DNA of 64,000 bases from positions 20,973-84,972 of the forward strand of contig JAAOZP010000010.1 in NCBI GenBank assembly GCA_011605725.1. Direction: 5' to 3'. This document shows positions 28,358 through 37,827 of the stretch, piece by piece (within the stretch, counting starts at the first letter, position 1; each line of letters starts with the position of its first letter). The translations under genes were made by a program, and so were the position numbers. The notes under the pieces are model-generated. The model saw nothing but the letters and a program-made list of their open reading frames with translations. It did not search any database and had not been told where the DNA came from. The DNA comes from Nitrososphaerota archaeon (lineage in GTDB: Archaea > Thermoproteota > EX4484-205 > JAAOZP01).

Positions 28358-29167
28358 ATGAGAGGTTCACATTATTATCATGAGGCTAACGTTGTCTCAA
28401 ACATTAGGGAGACTATAAGGGTTAATACGCTGGTCCTCAGGCTTAATGAAGGATTAAACATGGCGCCCGGACAGTTTTTGATGGTATGGAGGCCGGGCGA
28501 AGGGGAGATACCGGTAACACCCTCGCTAATCCAGGGTGAGACCCTCAGCCTAACTATAGAGAAGGTGGGCTTCACTTCGAACAGGCTTGCATCGCTTAAA
28601 CCTGGTGAGAAGGTTTTTCTGCGAGGTCCCTTGGGAAATGGCTTTAACCTCAGTCTTCCCGGAAGATACTTACTTATCGGAGGTGGAACTGGTGCAGCGT
28701 CACTGACACCCGCCTACCTGAGTCTCGCAAGCAAGGGTGTTGAAGCTCTTTTCCTAGTTGGAGCAAGGGATACGGAAAACCTTGTTTACATAAGTAGGCT
28801 TAAGGAGCTTGGAGTCAGGTTCAAGGTTGCAACCGACGATGGAAGTGAGGGTTTCAAGGGAACCCTGCCAGAGTTCTTCGAGGAATTGGTTTCAAAAGAT
28901 CGCTTTGAAAACGTTCTCACGATCGGGCCTGAGAAAATGATGGTTAAGATAGCTGAGAAATGCGTTGACTACGGAATTTCCTGTCAGGTTTCACTGGTCA
29001 GGATCGTTAAATGCGGGCTGGGGCTATGCGGGTCATGCGTACTCGACCCGTTTGGGTTACGGGTCTGCGTAGACGGACCGGTTTTTTACGGCGAGAAAAT
29101 CTTAGGCTCCGACTTCGGTAGATTCATGAGAGATGAGGCTGGAAGGAGGATTGAAATTGTTCAATGA
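28358..29167 (+). CDS. pyrK: Dihydroorotate dehydrogenase electron-transfer subunit (FAD/2Fe-2S)
   Basis: FNR-like fold (PGQFLMVW..GEIP) and the C-terminal cluster motif KCGLGLCGSCV...VCVDGP. Confidence 0.85.
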   Translation: MRGSHYYHEANVVSNIRETIRVNTLVLRLNEGLNMAPGQFLMVWRPGEGEIPVTPSLIQGETLSLTIEKVGFTSNRLASLKPGEKVFLRGPLGNGFNLSLPGRYLLIGGGTGAASLTPAYLSLASKGVEALFLVGARDTENLVYISRLKELGVRFKVATDDGSEGFKGTLPEFFEELVSKDRFENVLTIGPEKMMVKIAEKCVDYGISCQVSLVRIVKCGLGLCGSCVLDPFGLRVCVDGPVFYGEKILGSDFGRFMRDEAGRRIEIVQ

Positions 29168-30483
29168 CACATTTAGAAAGGATTCTAATCGGTAGAATAT
29201 ATTACGGGGGCGACTTTATAGAGGGGTGCGTAGGTGTAAGCAGGGGAGAAATAGTCTTCATCGGCAAGGAGGCTAATGCCCCCTCTTACGACGAGAAGAT
29301 TGACTTTGGAAGACTCCTGATAGTCCCAGGCCTGATAGATATTCACGCGCACCTGAGAGACATGAGGCTTAAGCATAAGGAGGATTTCGTAACTGGGACT
29401 TGTGCGGCAGCCGCAGGGGGCTTTACTCTAGTTATAGACATGCCTAACACAGATCCTCCGACTAACAACTATCTTAGAATGATGGAGAAGATTGAGGAGG
29501 CGAGGAATAAGATAGTTGTCGACGTTGGATTCTACTTTGGTAAGCCAGACAGCAAGAAGGAGCTTGAAAGGCTTCTGAAGACTGTTGCAATAGGGATTAA
29601 GCTTTACCCTGAGGACTATTGTGGGATGGGCGACGAAGTGTCTGGAATGTTGAAGACTGTTGCGGAGTCAAGAAGTAAAATAGTCTTTCACCCTGAAGAT
29701 CTTTCAGTAATACGGGAAAGCAGGAGTAAATACCCGGAGGAGTTGAGGGGCGTTGAGAAACATGGCTTCATAAGGCCTGTTGAAGCAGAGCTTTCAGCCC
29801 TAGACCTTTTCAGAAAGATTTCGGAGCCAGGTTCCCACGCGACTCATTTAACAACCGTGAGGAGCCTAAGGAAGGCTAGGGAGAATGGTTTCACGTTCGA
29901 CGTTAGCGTGAACCATTTGGCTCTTACTGATGAAGACTTGTCCTCCATGGGAAGCATATGTAAAGTAAACCCTCCTCTTAGAAGCCCTGAGGAAAGAAGC
30001 ATGCTTATTGCAAGCCTTAACAGGGGGGAGATTCCGATAATCGTTACGGACCATGCTCCGCACACGGTTGAGGAGAAGAGTGCAACTCTTTACGATGAGG
30101 TTCCCTCCGGCATACCAGGGTTTGAAACAGCGTTCCCAGTTCTTTTAGACATGGTTAACAGGGGTTTTTTGAATCTCCACAGGGTTCTGGAAGCGTTCAC
30201 CAGGGGGCCTGCAGGCTTCCTCGGCAATGACAAACTGGGGGAAATAGTTGAGGGGAAGACTGCAAACCTTACGGTTCTAGACCCTAAGGAGGAGTGGAGA
30301 GTTAACCCTGAAGACTTTTTCACTAAGGCTAAGCACTCTCCTTTTAAAAACAGGGTTCTCAAGGGAAGGGTTAAGGCAACGCTCGTCAGGGGTGAGCTTG
30401 TTTTCCAGGGTAATGAGATAATGGTTTTGAAAGGCTTTGGAAAAATATATGGTTTTAGGCGTGAATATGGGAAGGAGGTTTAA
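29164..30483 (+). CDS. pyrC: Dihydroorotase
   Basis: PGLIDIHAHLRD, MPNTDPP and VTDHAPH. There is a 4-nt overlap with pyrK. Confidence 0.85.
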   Translation: MTHLERILIGRIYYGGDFIEGCVGVSRGEIVFIGKEANAPSYDEKIDFGRLLIVPGLIDIHAHLRDMRLKHKEDFVTGTCAAAAGGFTLVIDMPNTDPPTNNYLRMMEKIEEARNKIVVDVGFYFGKPDSKKELERLLKTVAIGIKLYPEDYCGMGDEVSGMLKTVAESRSKIVFHPEDLSVIRESRSKYPEELRGVEKHGFIRPVEAELSALDLFRKISEPGSHATHLTTVRSLRKARENGFTFDVSVNHLALTDEDLSSMGSICKVNPPLRSPEERSMLIASLNRGEIPIIVTDHAPHTVEEKSATLYDEVPSGIPGFETAFPVLLDMVNRGFLNLHRVLEAFTRGPAGFLGNDKLGEIVEGKTANLTVLDPKEEWRVNPEDFFTKAKHSPFKNRVLKGRVKATLVRGELVFQGNEIMVLKGFGKIYGFRREYGKEV

Positions 30484-30589
30484 AAAGTTTCAAACAAGCG
30501 TTGAAAAGCATTACTATGCGCGGCAAACCGGGTTAAGATGTTGAATAGCCGGCAAGGTTAATAAGGTTTAGAAGCCTTGAGAAAGATGC

Positions 30590-31513
30590 ATGAACCCTCG
30601 TATGAAGATGGAGGTTGCTAGCCTGGTTCTCAGGTCGCCTCTGATAGTGGCTTCAGGCGTATTAGGATCCTCTGGAAGCCTGATTAAAAACGTGTCAGAG
30701 AACCCTAGCGTAGGTGCGGTAGTCACTAAGACTGTAACGTATAAACCGAGAAACGGGTATGAGAATCCTACTGTCGTTGACCTCGGATACGGCTTCCTGA
30801 ACGCGATGGGTCTTCCAAACCCAGGGTACTTGGATTACAAGGTTGAGCTTGCGTCGATAAAAAGAGACCTGGAGGTTCCCTTGATAGTTAGCATCGGGCC
30901 TTCTAACGGTGAGGAGGCTGGGAAAATGGTTGAAGCGTTAAACAGTGTCGCGGATGGTTTTGAAGTGAACGTTTCATGCCCACATGCTAAGAACCTCGGA
31001 CTGGAGGTGGGTTCTGATGTGCAGACGGTTAGGAAAATCGTTAAAGCTGTCCGAGAATCCACCGGGAAACCAGTACTAGTTAAAATAAGTCCCAACGTCA
31101 CGGATTTCGTAGACGTGGCTAGGAGTGCTGTTGACGCTGGCGCTGACGCTATAACGGCGATAAACACGGTGAGAGGGATGGCTATAGATGTGAACGCTAT
31201 GAAGCCTGTTCTATCAAACCTTTACGGGGGTCTCTCGGGGAAAGCTATACACCCTGTGGCGGTCAGGATAGTCTACGAGCTCTATGAGAAGCTTGAAGTA
31301 CCGATAGTCGGGTGTGGCGGGGTTTACGATTGGAAGGATGCTGTCGAGCTTATGCTAGCTGGTGCAACAGCTGTTCAGATAGGGTCAGCCATAGCTTATC
31401 GCAAGATGAGCCTGAACGTTTTCAACGAGATTGAGAAGGGGATTATCGAGTATCTGACAACCAAAGGATTCAGCAGTATCAGGGAACTAGTAGGCTTAGC
31501 ACATAATTCCTGA
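30590..31513 (+). CDS. pyrD: Dihydroorotate dehydrogenase catalytic subunit (class 1B)
   Basis: LRSPLIVASGVLG, NAMGLPNPG, NVSCPH and GGLSGKAIHPVA. Confidence 0.9.
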   Translation: MNPRMKMEVASLVLRSPLIVASGVLGSSGSLIKNVSENPSVGAVVTKTVTYKPRNGYENPTVVDLGYGFLNAMGLPNPGYLDYKVELASIKRDLEVPLIVSIGPSNGEEAGKMVEALNSVADGFEVNVSCPHAKNLGLEVGSDVQTVRKIVKAVRESTGKPVLVKISPNVTDFVDVARSAVDAGADAITAINTVRGMAIDVNAMKPVLSNLYGGLSGKAIHPVAVRIVYELYEKLEVPIVGCGGVYDWKDAVELMLAGATAVQIGSAIAYRKMSLNVFNEIEKGIIEYLTTKGFSSIRELVGLAHNS

Positions 31514-31653
31514 CCCTGCTGTACACAGTTATCCTTCTAATCCGGTGCAGGTTTACCGTCGTGATGAAGATAAGAACGGATTTTAAATACCGCTCTATGT
31601 CTTTCATGAACACGTCTTTTTTAACTAGGCGAGTGCTTAAGTCTTTTTAACCA

Positions 31654-32574
31654 TTAAACTGGCTCAAGCCAGTGGGAATACTTCTCCAACTCTCCCCTAA
31701 CTATCTTGTAGAACTCTTCCTGTATTCTTCTTGTTATTTGGCCGGGCTTACCGTCTCCAATCTTATAATTATCCATCTCAACCACAGGCACCACTTCCGC
31801 AGCAGTCCCGGTCATGAAGGCCTCGTCAGCATAATAGAAATCAACCCTTGTAAGATCTCTTTCAACAACCTTCAAACCCATGTCTTCGGCGATGTGGAAC
31901 ACCGTGTCCCTCGTTATTCCTTCAAGGATGCCTGACGAGGTTGACGGAGTATAGATAGTGTTGTCCCTAACCATGAAGATGTTTTCTCCACTTCCCTCTG
32001 AAACCATGCCGCGGGAATCCAGCATGACTGCCTCATCATAGCCAGCCATCTTGGCTTCAACCTTTGCCAGAACACTGTTGATATATTGCCCAGTAGCCTT
32101 AACCCCTGCTGGGATAGTGTTAACGTCTATTCTTCTGAAAGACGACGTCTTAACCCTTATGCCGTTTCTAATGCCTTCATCACCCAAGTATGTTCCCCAG
32201 GACCATGCTGCTACAACAACATCCACCGGAGAGTTTAAAGGGTACAACCCCATCTCTCCGTAGCCTCTGAAGGCTATTGGCCTTATATACGCGCTCTTAA
32301 GACCGTTCTCCCTGACGACGGCTTTGCATGCTTCCTTCAGCTCGTAGAGAGAATAAGGTATCTCCATGAAGTATATTTTTGCCGAACGGTAGAATCTTTT
32401 TAAATGGTCTGTCAGCCTGAAGATCGCCGTGCCGTTTCTCGTCTCGTATGCCCTTATGCCCTCGAAGACACCGGTGCCGTAATGAAGACCATGCGTAAGG
32501 ACATGTATTCTGGCATCCTTCCAGTCGACGAGCCTGCCGTTGAACCATATTTTTTCAACTTCCCTTATTGGCAC
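31654..32574 (-). CDS. ilvE: Branched-chain amino-acid aminotransferase
   Basis: IWFNGRLVDWKDARIHVLTHGLHYGTGVFEGIRAY, and EGSGENIF, GITR. Confidence 0.9.
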   Translation of the reverse strand: MPIREVEKIWFNGRLVDWKDARIHVLTHGLHYGTGVFEGIRAYETRNGTAIFRLTDHLKRFYRSAKIYFMEIPYSLYELKEACKAVVRENGLKSAYIRPIAFRGYGEMGLYPLNSPVDVVVAAWSWGTYLGDEGIRNGIRVKTSSFRRIDVNTIPAGVKATGQYINSVLAKVEAKMAGYDEAVMLDSRGMVSEGSGENIFMVRDNTIYTPSTSSGILEGITRDTVFHIAEDMGLKVVERDLTRVDFYYADEAFMTGTAAEVVPVVEMDNYKIGDGKPGQITRRIQEEFYKIVRGELEKYSHWLEPV

Positions 32575-32647
32575 AGCTCATGCACCCGAGCAGTGAACCC
32601 GGGCGGGTGAAAATAAACTTTCCTGAAAAAGTTTCGCTAAAAATATT

Positions 32648-34852
32648 TCACGATACTATTACTTCTTCCTTTCTACGAAACGCGTATAAAAGCAGTATTA
32701 CGATGATTATGCTTCCAACGGACAAGGCTATCATAATTATGTTCAAACCAGTTTTAAGGTGGGTTGTGCTTCCACCAGGCTTCACCGTAATGGCGACGCT
32801 TTTCCCGAAAGTAGGCTGGATTATCGAGTAACTTAAGGCTTCGCTTTTCTCGCCAAGGCTGCTGGCTATAGAGTAGTCTACTTCAACCCTGATTTCGGAG
32901 CCCTTTGAGAAGAGCAGGTTAACCTCCTGACCGTTCCAGAGGGTTAGAATATTACCCTCGTCGTAAAACCTGAATGGCTCTATGATGACTCTGTTTCCTG
33001 AAAGCCGTATTCCCATTTGGTCAAGGTTTGCAACGTATCTTGAGCCGTTCAACAAGACTCCCTCGAAACTCCCATTGTAGCTGACCTCAACCCGTCTAAC
33101 GCCGATCCTAGTTTCATTCGTGAAGAAGAGACCGTTTAGTCTTAGAAAATCTTCTTCAGCCAACTCAGGCTGGAAAACAATATTCCTCCTGTTTTGAACA
33201 TCCGGAGCGAGAAGGCTGGTTCTGGCTTCGCCATACTCTATCAGCCGGAGGAACAGTGACAGCTCATCGTAAACATTCCTCAGGGAAATCACGTTTTCAT
33301 TCAAACTTTTTTGAACACTCTCTAAGCCTGAGGTGGCGTTTTCAAGCATCGGGGTAATGCTAGTAAGGTTGCCTCCCATCATCATGTTAGCCTCGCCAAT
33401 GAGCTTTAATGCTGAGCTCATCTCCGCCAGTGCCGAGGATGCTTGGGATAATGCTGAGAGGCCTGATCCTAAGCCTGAGCTCATCTTCACGATGCTGGAA
33501 CCATATTCCTCCAGCATGTTTATGAATGATCCTAGGCTTTCAAACAGAGTGTTCAGCTGAGGACCTGCTGATTCAAAATAGCTTTCAACGATGCTTAAAC
33601 GATTATAGAGGCTGGTTATTCTCCGGGTAGCGTTTTCCAGCAGGCTTATCTGACTAGGGTCGGTCAAATTTTCTCTGAGGGTCGTTAAAGTATTGTTAAT
33701 CTCTAAGAGGCTTTGTTCCGCGTCAACGATCATTCTATAAGTCTCGTTCAGGATTAAACCGGCTGACTGTCGAGAGGAGTTAAGCCCCTGCCTCAGCCTG
33801 TTGAAATCCACTTTAGAAACGTTTTCAGCGACTATCGATAGTAGCGAAGTTACTCCGGAAAGTTGAGATGCTGCCGAGCTGAGTCCGAAACTCACTGCTT
33901 TCAAGGCTTTACTAATCATAACGGTTTGATTACCAGTAGTCTCCAGAACGGAGCTCAGGTTGCCAAGCATTCCCGTCATCAGGCTAGTGAAGCTGGTGAG
34001 ATTGCTGATGGGCGTCAGAATCATATTCATCATGCGCATAGTCATGTTCAGCTCGTTTAACTGGGAAAGCACCGATTTCTTCACAGACTCCCCCATGGGG
34101 GAGGATGAGATCGAGATCGTTGTCAAAGGAATGGTGCCCCAATCATCAAATCCTTCTACAACAGCCTCCGCCCTTATCTCCGCCTCCTCCCTCAGTATGA
34201 GCATCCATGAAACAGAATCCTTCTCAAGAGGGCTAGTCATGTTCACAGGAGGATTGTAAACAATTTTTCCAAAGTACCTCTGAGGAATGTTTATCGTTAC
34301 TGAGACGAATACTGGAGGCTTCGAGGAGGTGTTTGTCAACGGGTCGAGTAGAACAGGATTATTGTTCTTAAGCCTTACCACCCATTCCGCGGAATCACCC
34401 TCTTCAGACCTTACGAAGAATACTCCATAAGCCGAAGTATAGTTTGGAACCGCCCCGTTAATCCTTAGGCTTGCTTCAACTTTTAGTGGAAGCCAAAGCG
34501 GCTTACCGCTAACCTCGAAAACGCTTGTACCAGGATTAGCCTGAACAACCCATTCGACCACGCAGAAGTCTCCTGAATCCTGTTGGATACGTGCTTCCGG
34601 CGGCAACACTAGGGTTGAAACATTTACCTTGAACAGTCTTTGAGTGAAACGGTACGGGACAGTCGACTGGCCAATATTCTTGACAGTAACAGTAGATTTG
34701 AATTCAACCGTGGAGTCCCCGGTTAACGGGTTTAGGTCCAGTAAATAAGTGAGGCTTTCGCTCACAGAAACCTGCGTCTCTTCCGGATTAGCCTTCATCA
34801 CTATAGGGATCATCAGCATCAGAATTAGGAAAACAGCTTGAACGCGTTTCAT
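32648..34852 (-). CDS. Large secreted, C-terminally membrane-anchored surface protein (beta-rich ends, long helical sequon-rich centre)
   Basis: N-terminal signal-like MKRVQAVFLILMLMIPIVMKA and a C-terminal TM LNIIMIALSVGSIIIVILLLYAF followed by RRKEE. By my manual count there are about 19 N-x-S/T sequons, mostly in the central S/L/N-rich helical region. There is a 4-nt overlap with the ABC ATPase. Confidence 0.6.
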   Translation of the reverse strand: MKRVQAVFLILMLMIPIVMKANPEETQVSVSESLTYLLDLNPLTGDSTVEFKSTVTVKNIGQSTVPYRFTQRLFKVNVSTLVLPPEARIQQDSGDFCVVEWVVQANPGTSVFEVSGKPLWLPLKVEASLRINGAVPNYTSAYGVFFVRSEEGDSAEWVVRLKNNNPVLLDPLTNTSSKPPVFVSVTINIPQRYFGKIVYNPPVNMTSPLEKDSVSWMLILREEAEIRAEAVVEGFDDWGTIPLTTISISSSPMGESVKKSVLSQLNELNMTMRMMNMILTPISNLTSFTSLMTGMLGNLSSVLETTGNQTVMISKALKAVSFGLSSAASQLSGVTSLLSIVAENVSKVDFNRLRQGLNSSRQSAGLILNETYRMIVDAEQSLLEINNTLTTLRENLTDPSQISLLENATRRITSLYNRLSIVESYFESAGPQLNTLFESLGSFINMLEEYGSSIVKMSSGLGSGLSALSQASSALAEMSSALKLIGEANMMMGGNLTSITPMLENATSGLESVQKSLNENVISLRNVYDELSLFLRLIEYGEARTSLLAPDVQNRRNIVFQPELAEEDFLRLNGLFFTNETRIGVRRVEVSYNGSFEGVLLNGSRYVANLDQMGIRLSGNRVIIEPFRFYDEGNILTLWNGQEVNLLFSKGSEIRVEVDYSIASSLGEKSEALSYSIIQPTFGKSVAITVKPGGSTTHLKTGLNIIMIALSVGSIIIVILLLYAFRRKEEVIVS

Positions 34853-35727
34853 TGCTTCACTATCAACTCCTTTTCCTCGATTGATTTTAAGGCTTTTTCA
34901 TAGGTTTCCCCCGTTATGATCCTTTTTTTGAAAAGCCTTTCAACATTCTCCCTCTCCAGTTTTAAAAGGTCGAGTTGAACCTGTTTCTTCAGCCTTATCG
35001 ACTCATCATCTATCGGAAGACCCTCGAGGAAGCTTCGGGGGGCTTCCTCAAATATTTGACCATCCTTCATGAACAGGATTCTGTTAGTAATGCGGGCCAG
35101 TTCCACGTTATGGGTCACAATAATAATCGTGTTTCCGAAACTATTAAGGAGCTTGAAAGTCGCTATTATTTCTGTTGATGAAGAAACGTCCAGGTTTCCA
35201 GTAGGCTCGTCTGCAAGTATGTAGGCTGGATTATTAGCCAGAGCCCTCGCAATAGCTACTTTCTGCTGCTGGCCTCCACTGAGTCTGCTCGGAGGGTTTC
35301 TCAACCTGTCTTCAGAGAAGCCGACCAGCTTCAGTAAGTAAAGAGCCTTCAGCCTAGCTTCTTTGAAAGTATATCTTTTCGAAAGAAGCATAGGGAGCAT
35401 CACGTTCTCCAAGGCTGAAAGATTTCTTAGAAGGTTGAAGAATTGGAAGACAAAACCTATTTTGTTTTTCCTGAAAACGGATAGTTGGTTTTCGCTAAGC
35501 TTAGTTACATCCACACCGTCAACCAGAACCCTTCCGGAAGTAGGCCTATCTAAGGTTCCAGCTATGTGAAGCAGTGTGGACTTTCCTGAGCCGGAGGGGC
35601 CGACGATAGACACGAAGTCTCCTTTCCTTATTGTGAGTGAAACGTTTCTTAAAGCTTTCACCTCTATATCTCTCCCCATGACGTAGGTTTTGGAAACGTC
35701 TATGCATTCTAAGGCTGGATTACTCAT
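34849..35727 (-). CDS. ABC transporter ATP-binding protein (MacB/LolD-type) with a C-terminal coiled-coil tail
   Basis: Walker A GPSGSGKST, Q-loop, signature LSGGQQQKVAIARAL, Walker B ILADEPTGNLD and H-loop VTHN. An extra roughly 70 aa charged tail follows. Confidence 0.9.
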   Translation of the reverse strand: MSNPALECIDVSKTYVMGRDIEVKALRNVSLTIRKGDFVSIVGPSGSGKSTLLHIAGTLDRPTSGRVLVDGVDVTKLSENQLSVFRKNKIGFVFQFFNLLRNLSALENVMLPMLLSKRYTFKEARLKALYLLKLVGFSEDRLRNPPSRLSGGQQQKVAIARALANNPAYILADEPTGNLDVSSSTEIIATFKLLNSFGNTIIIVTHNVELARITNRILFMKDGQIFEEAPRSFLEGLPIDDESIRLKKQVQLDLLKLERENVERLFKKRIITGETYEKALKSIEEKELIVKQ

Positions 35728-36898
35728 ATCTCAAAGCCTCCACAGGCCTTATCCTGGAGGCGTTCCAAGATGGAAGCAGGCTACTCAGGAAGCTCGCCGA
35801 AACCGCGATAATAAGACCGTTTAAAACAGGCTCGTAGCTGATTATGAATGGCAGATTTATCTGAAACCTGAATATTCTTGGGAGCAGATAAACAACAATA
35901 ACGTAGCCCAAGCCCATGCCTAGGGCAGATCCCAATAATCCTCCTAAAAGGCCCAGCATGATTCCCTCTACTAGGAAAATGTAAAGAACCTGTAGAGGTG
36001 AAGCGCCTATAGACTTCAAAACCCCTATTTCCCTTATCTTTTCCCTTATGCTCATCGTGATCGTGTTCATGGTTCCAACGCCGGCTACTATTATGCTTAT
36101 GGCGCTTATGGTGAATATTACTGCGTCTATCGTATCCAGAATAGCTTGGCTCTGCTTCAGGACATCCTCCTCGGTTGAGACTGAAAGACCAGGGTAAGTA
36201 GACCTTATAGCGTTGACAACGCTGCTCATGATGCTTGAATTATAAACTCTCACGAGAATCATGTCCGCAAGCCCCCTTTTATTCAGAATCCTCTCCCCCT
36301 GCTCAAGACTCATCACAACAACCGAAGCGGGCCCTGCCAGCGCAGCCTGAAAAAGCCCACCGATCTCGGAAAGACCAACAACCTTGAAAGTAACTCCCTC
36401 CTGCATGTATGATGTCACAATCCTCACGGTTGAGTTCACTGAAACACGTAGTTTCTTAGCAGACTCCTCTGGCATTAAGCATTCTCTAGCGTTTGGAGAA
36501 GAAACTCCTGAGCCGCTTAAAATCGTCTGGAACGATTTTATCTCCTCTACTGGCACAGCCAGTATGAACGCGTTGCTCGACTCAACTAGGCCTGAGCCGA
36601 TTATGACTGGAACAGCTCTTTCTACACCAGGAATATTGTTTAGAAGATGAACCACGTAGATCGACATGGGTTCACTGTTCCTAGTCCTAACTATTATCGA
36701 CGATCCCAGTAGAGTATTTATCTCACTCTCAACCCTTGCACGCATGCCGAGTGAAACTATAAAGAGCGAGACGAGGGAGGCTATGCCTATTGAAATACCC
36801 AGTATAGTAAGACCTGCCCTAAGCTTCTTGCTCGAAATATCCCGCAGAGCGTAGCGTGTCAAGTATAGTAGTGTGATCATCCCCATTCGTGCGGTCAA
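35720..36898 (-). CDS. ABC transporter permease, FtsX/MacB-type (with a MacB_PCD-like extracellular domain)
   Basis: One TM, then a roughly 230-aa extracytoplasmic domain, then 3 TMs with the FtsX-like REIGVLKSIGASP motif. Confidence 0.85.
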   Translation of the reverse strand: MTARMGMITLLYLTRYALRDISSKKLRAGLTILGISIGIASLVSLFIVSLGMRARVESEINTLLGSSIIVRTRNSEPMSIYVVHLLNNIPGVERAVPVIIGSGLVESSNAFILAVPVEEIKSFQTILSGSGVSSPNARECLMPEESAKKLRVSVNSTVRIVTSYMQEGVTFKVVGLSEIGGLFQAALAGPASVVVMSLEQGERILNKRGLADMILVRVYNSSIMSSVVNAIRSTYPGLSVSTEEDVLKQSQAILDTIDAVIFTISAISIIVAGVGTMNTITMSIREKIREIGVLKSIGASPLQVLYIFLVEGIMLGLLGGLLGSALGMGLGYVIVVYLLPRIFRFQINLPFIISYEPVLNGLIIAVSASFLSSLLPSWNASRIRPVEALRYE

Positions 36899-36970
36899 GT
36901 GAGCATATAAATTTTATAACACTCCATGTTTCTTTTTCAACAAAAATTTAACACATACCTGTTTATAATG

Positions 36971-37792
36971 CTACAGTAGGGAATATACCATGATGCCTAA
37001 AAGGCCTGCTGCAAGGTTTGAGACAAGGTTTACCGTATGATTGTCGAAACACCTAAATCCTTTCACCAAAACATATTCCCCTTGCTTCCCAGGTTTTTCA
37101 CAAAGCCTGCCGTCCGCTTTAGAAACGTACGCTCCCTGAATGGTTGCTCCAAGCAGGCTGTCCACAATCATTCCAAGGAACCCGCCTGTTACGCATGCCG
37201 CTAGTAAGCGTTGAGCATCATTAACTCTAGAAAGGATGCCTGCACCATTAGCCTGAAGCGTCAGCGCGACAAGTGCTATAGCCATGGCTCCTGAAAGCCC
37301 TGCTAAAGTACCTAATAGGGTGACTCCCCCTGAAACTCCTTTCTCAACCTTCCTGCTAAGGTTCGTTATAAGCCTCGGCTTAGAATTGCTTAACAAGCCT
37401 ATTTCAGTGGCCAGCGTGTCTGCTGCAGCCGAGCAAACACTGGTGGTGAAGAAGACGAGAAACACCTCCATCCGGAAAACATGCTCAAGAATAATAGATA
37501 CCGCAGCCGGCCCGCCGTTTGCGAGAACGTTAATCCAGCTTCTAACCCCGCCCTTCTCCTGGGTTAAAGCATCCTGCTCCTTGTCTCTACGTCGATACTT
37601 CGTGGAAGCAACGCCCAAGATTAGGAACGCTAACAGTATTATGAAGCAGTCCCAGCCTCCTAGGAAGAGTACTACTACTCCTAGAAAAATAGAGGCTAAG
37701 ACTCCGGAGAAGGTTAGGGAGTGCGAGAAATAGGTTGCTACCGCCAGCGTGACTATCACGAGCGTTTCAACGAGTATTTCGCCGAGCATCAA
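36971..37792 (-). CDS. DUF92/TMEM19-family integral membrane protein
   Basis: Polytopic. KGGVRSWINVLANGG and a C-terminal ...FDNHTVNLVSN are typical of DUF92. Confidence 0.6.
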   Translation of the reverse strand: MMLGEILVETLVIVTLAVATYFSHSLTFSGVLASIFLGVVVLFLGGWDCFIILLAFLILGVASTKYRRRDKEQDALTQEKGGVRSWINVLANGGPAAVSIILEHVFRMEVFLVFFTTSVCSAAADTLATEIGLLSNSKPRLITNLSRKVEKGVSGGVTLLGTLAGLSGAMAIALVALTLQANGAGILSRVNDAQRLLAACVTGGFLGMIVDSLLGATIQGAYVSKADGRLCEKPGKQGEYVLVKGFRCFDNHTVNLVSNLAAGLLGIMVYSLL

Positions 37793-37827
37793 AAGCTGGA
37801 GGATTCTTCTCAGAGGGCTATTTAAGC

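Noticed and set aside
31557-31620. GTGATGA (C-box-like) in the pyrD/ilvE spacer, considered as a possible C/D-box sRNA. A similar CTGATGA occurs at about 18279 and about 48711.
   Set aside because: No matching CUGA D or D' box and no second C' box at the expected spacing on either strand. A single heptamer is expected by chance.
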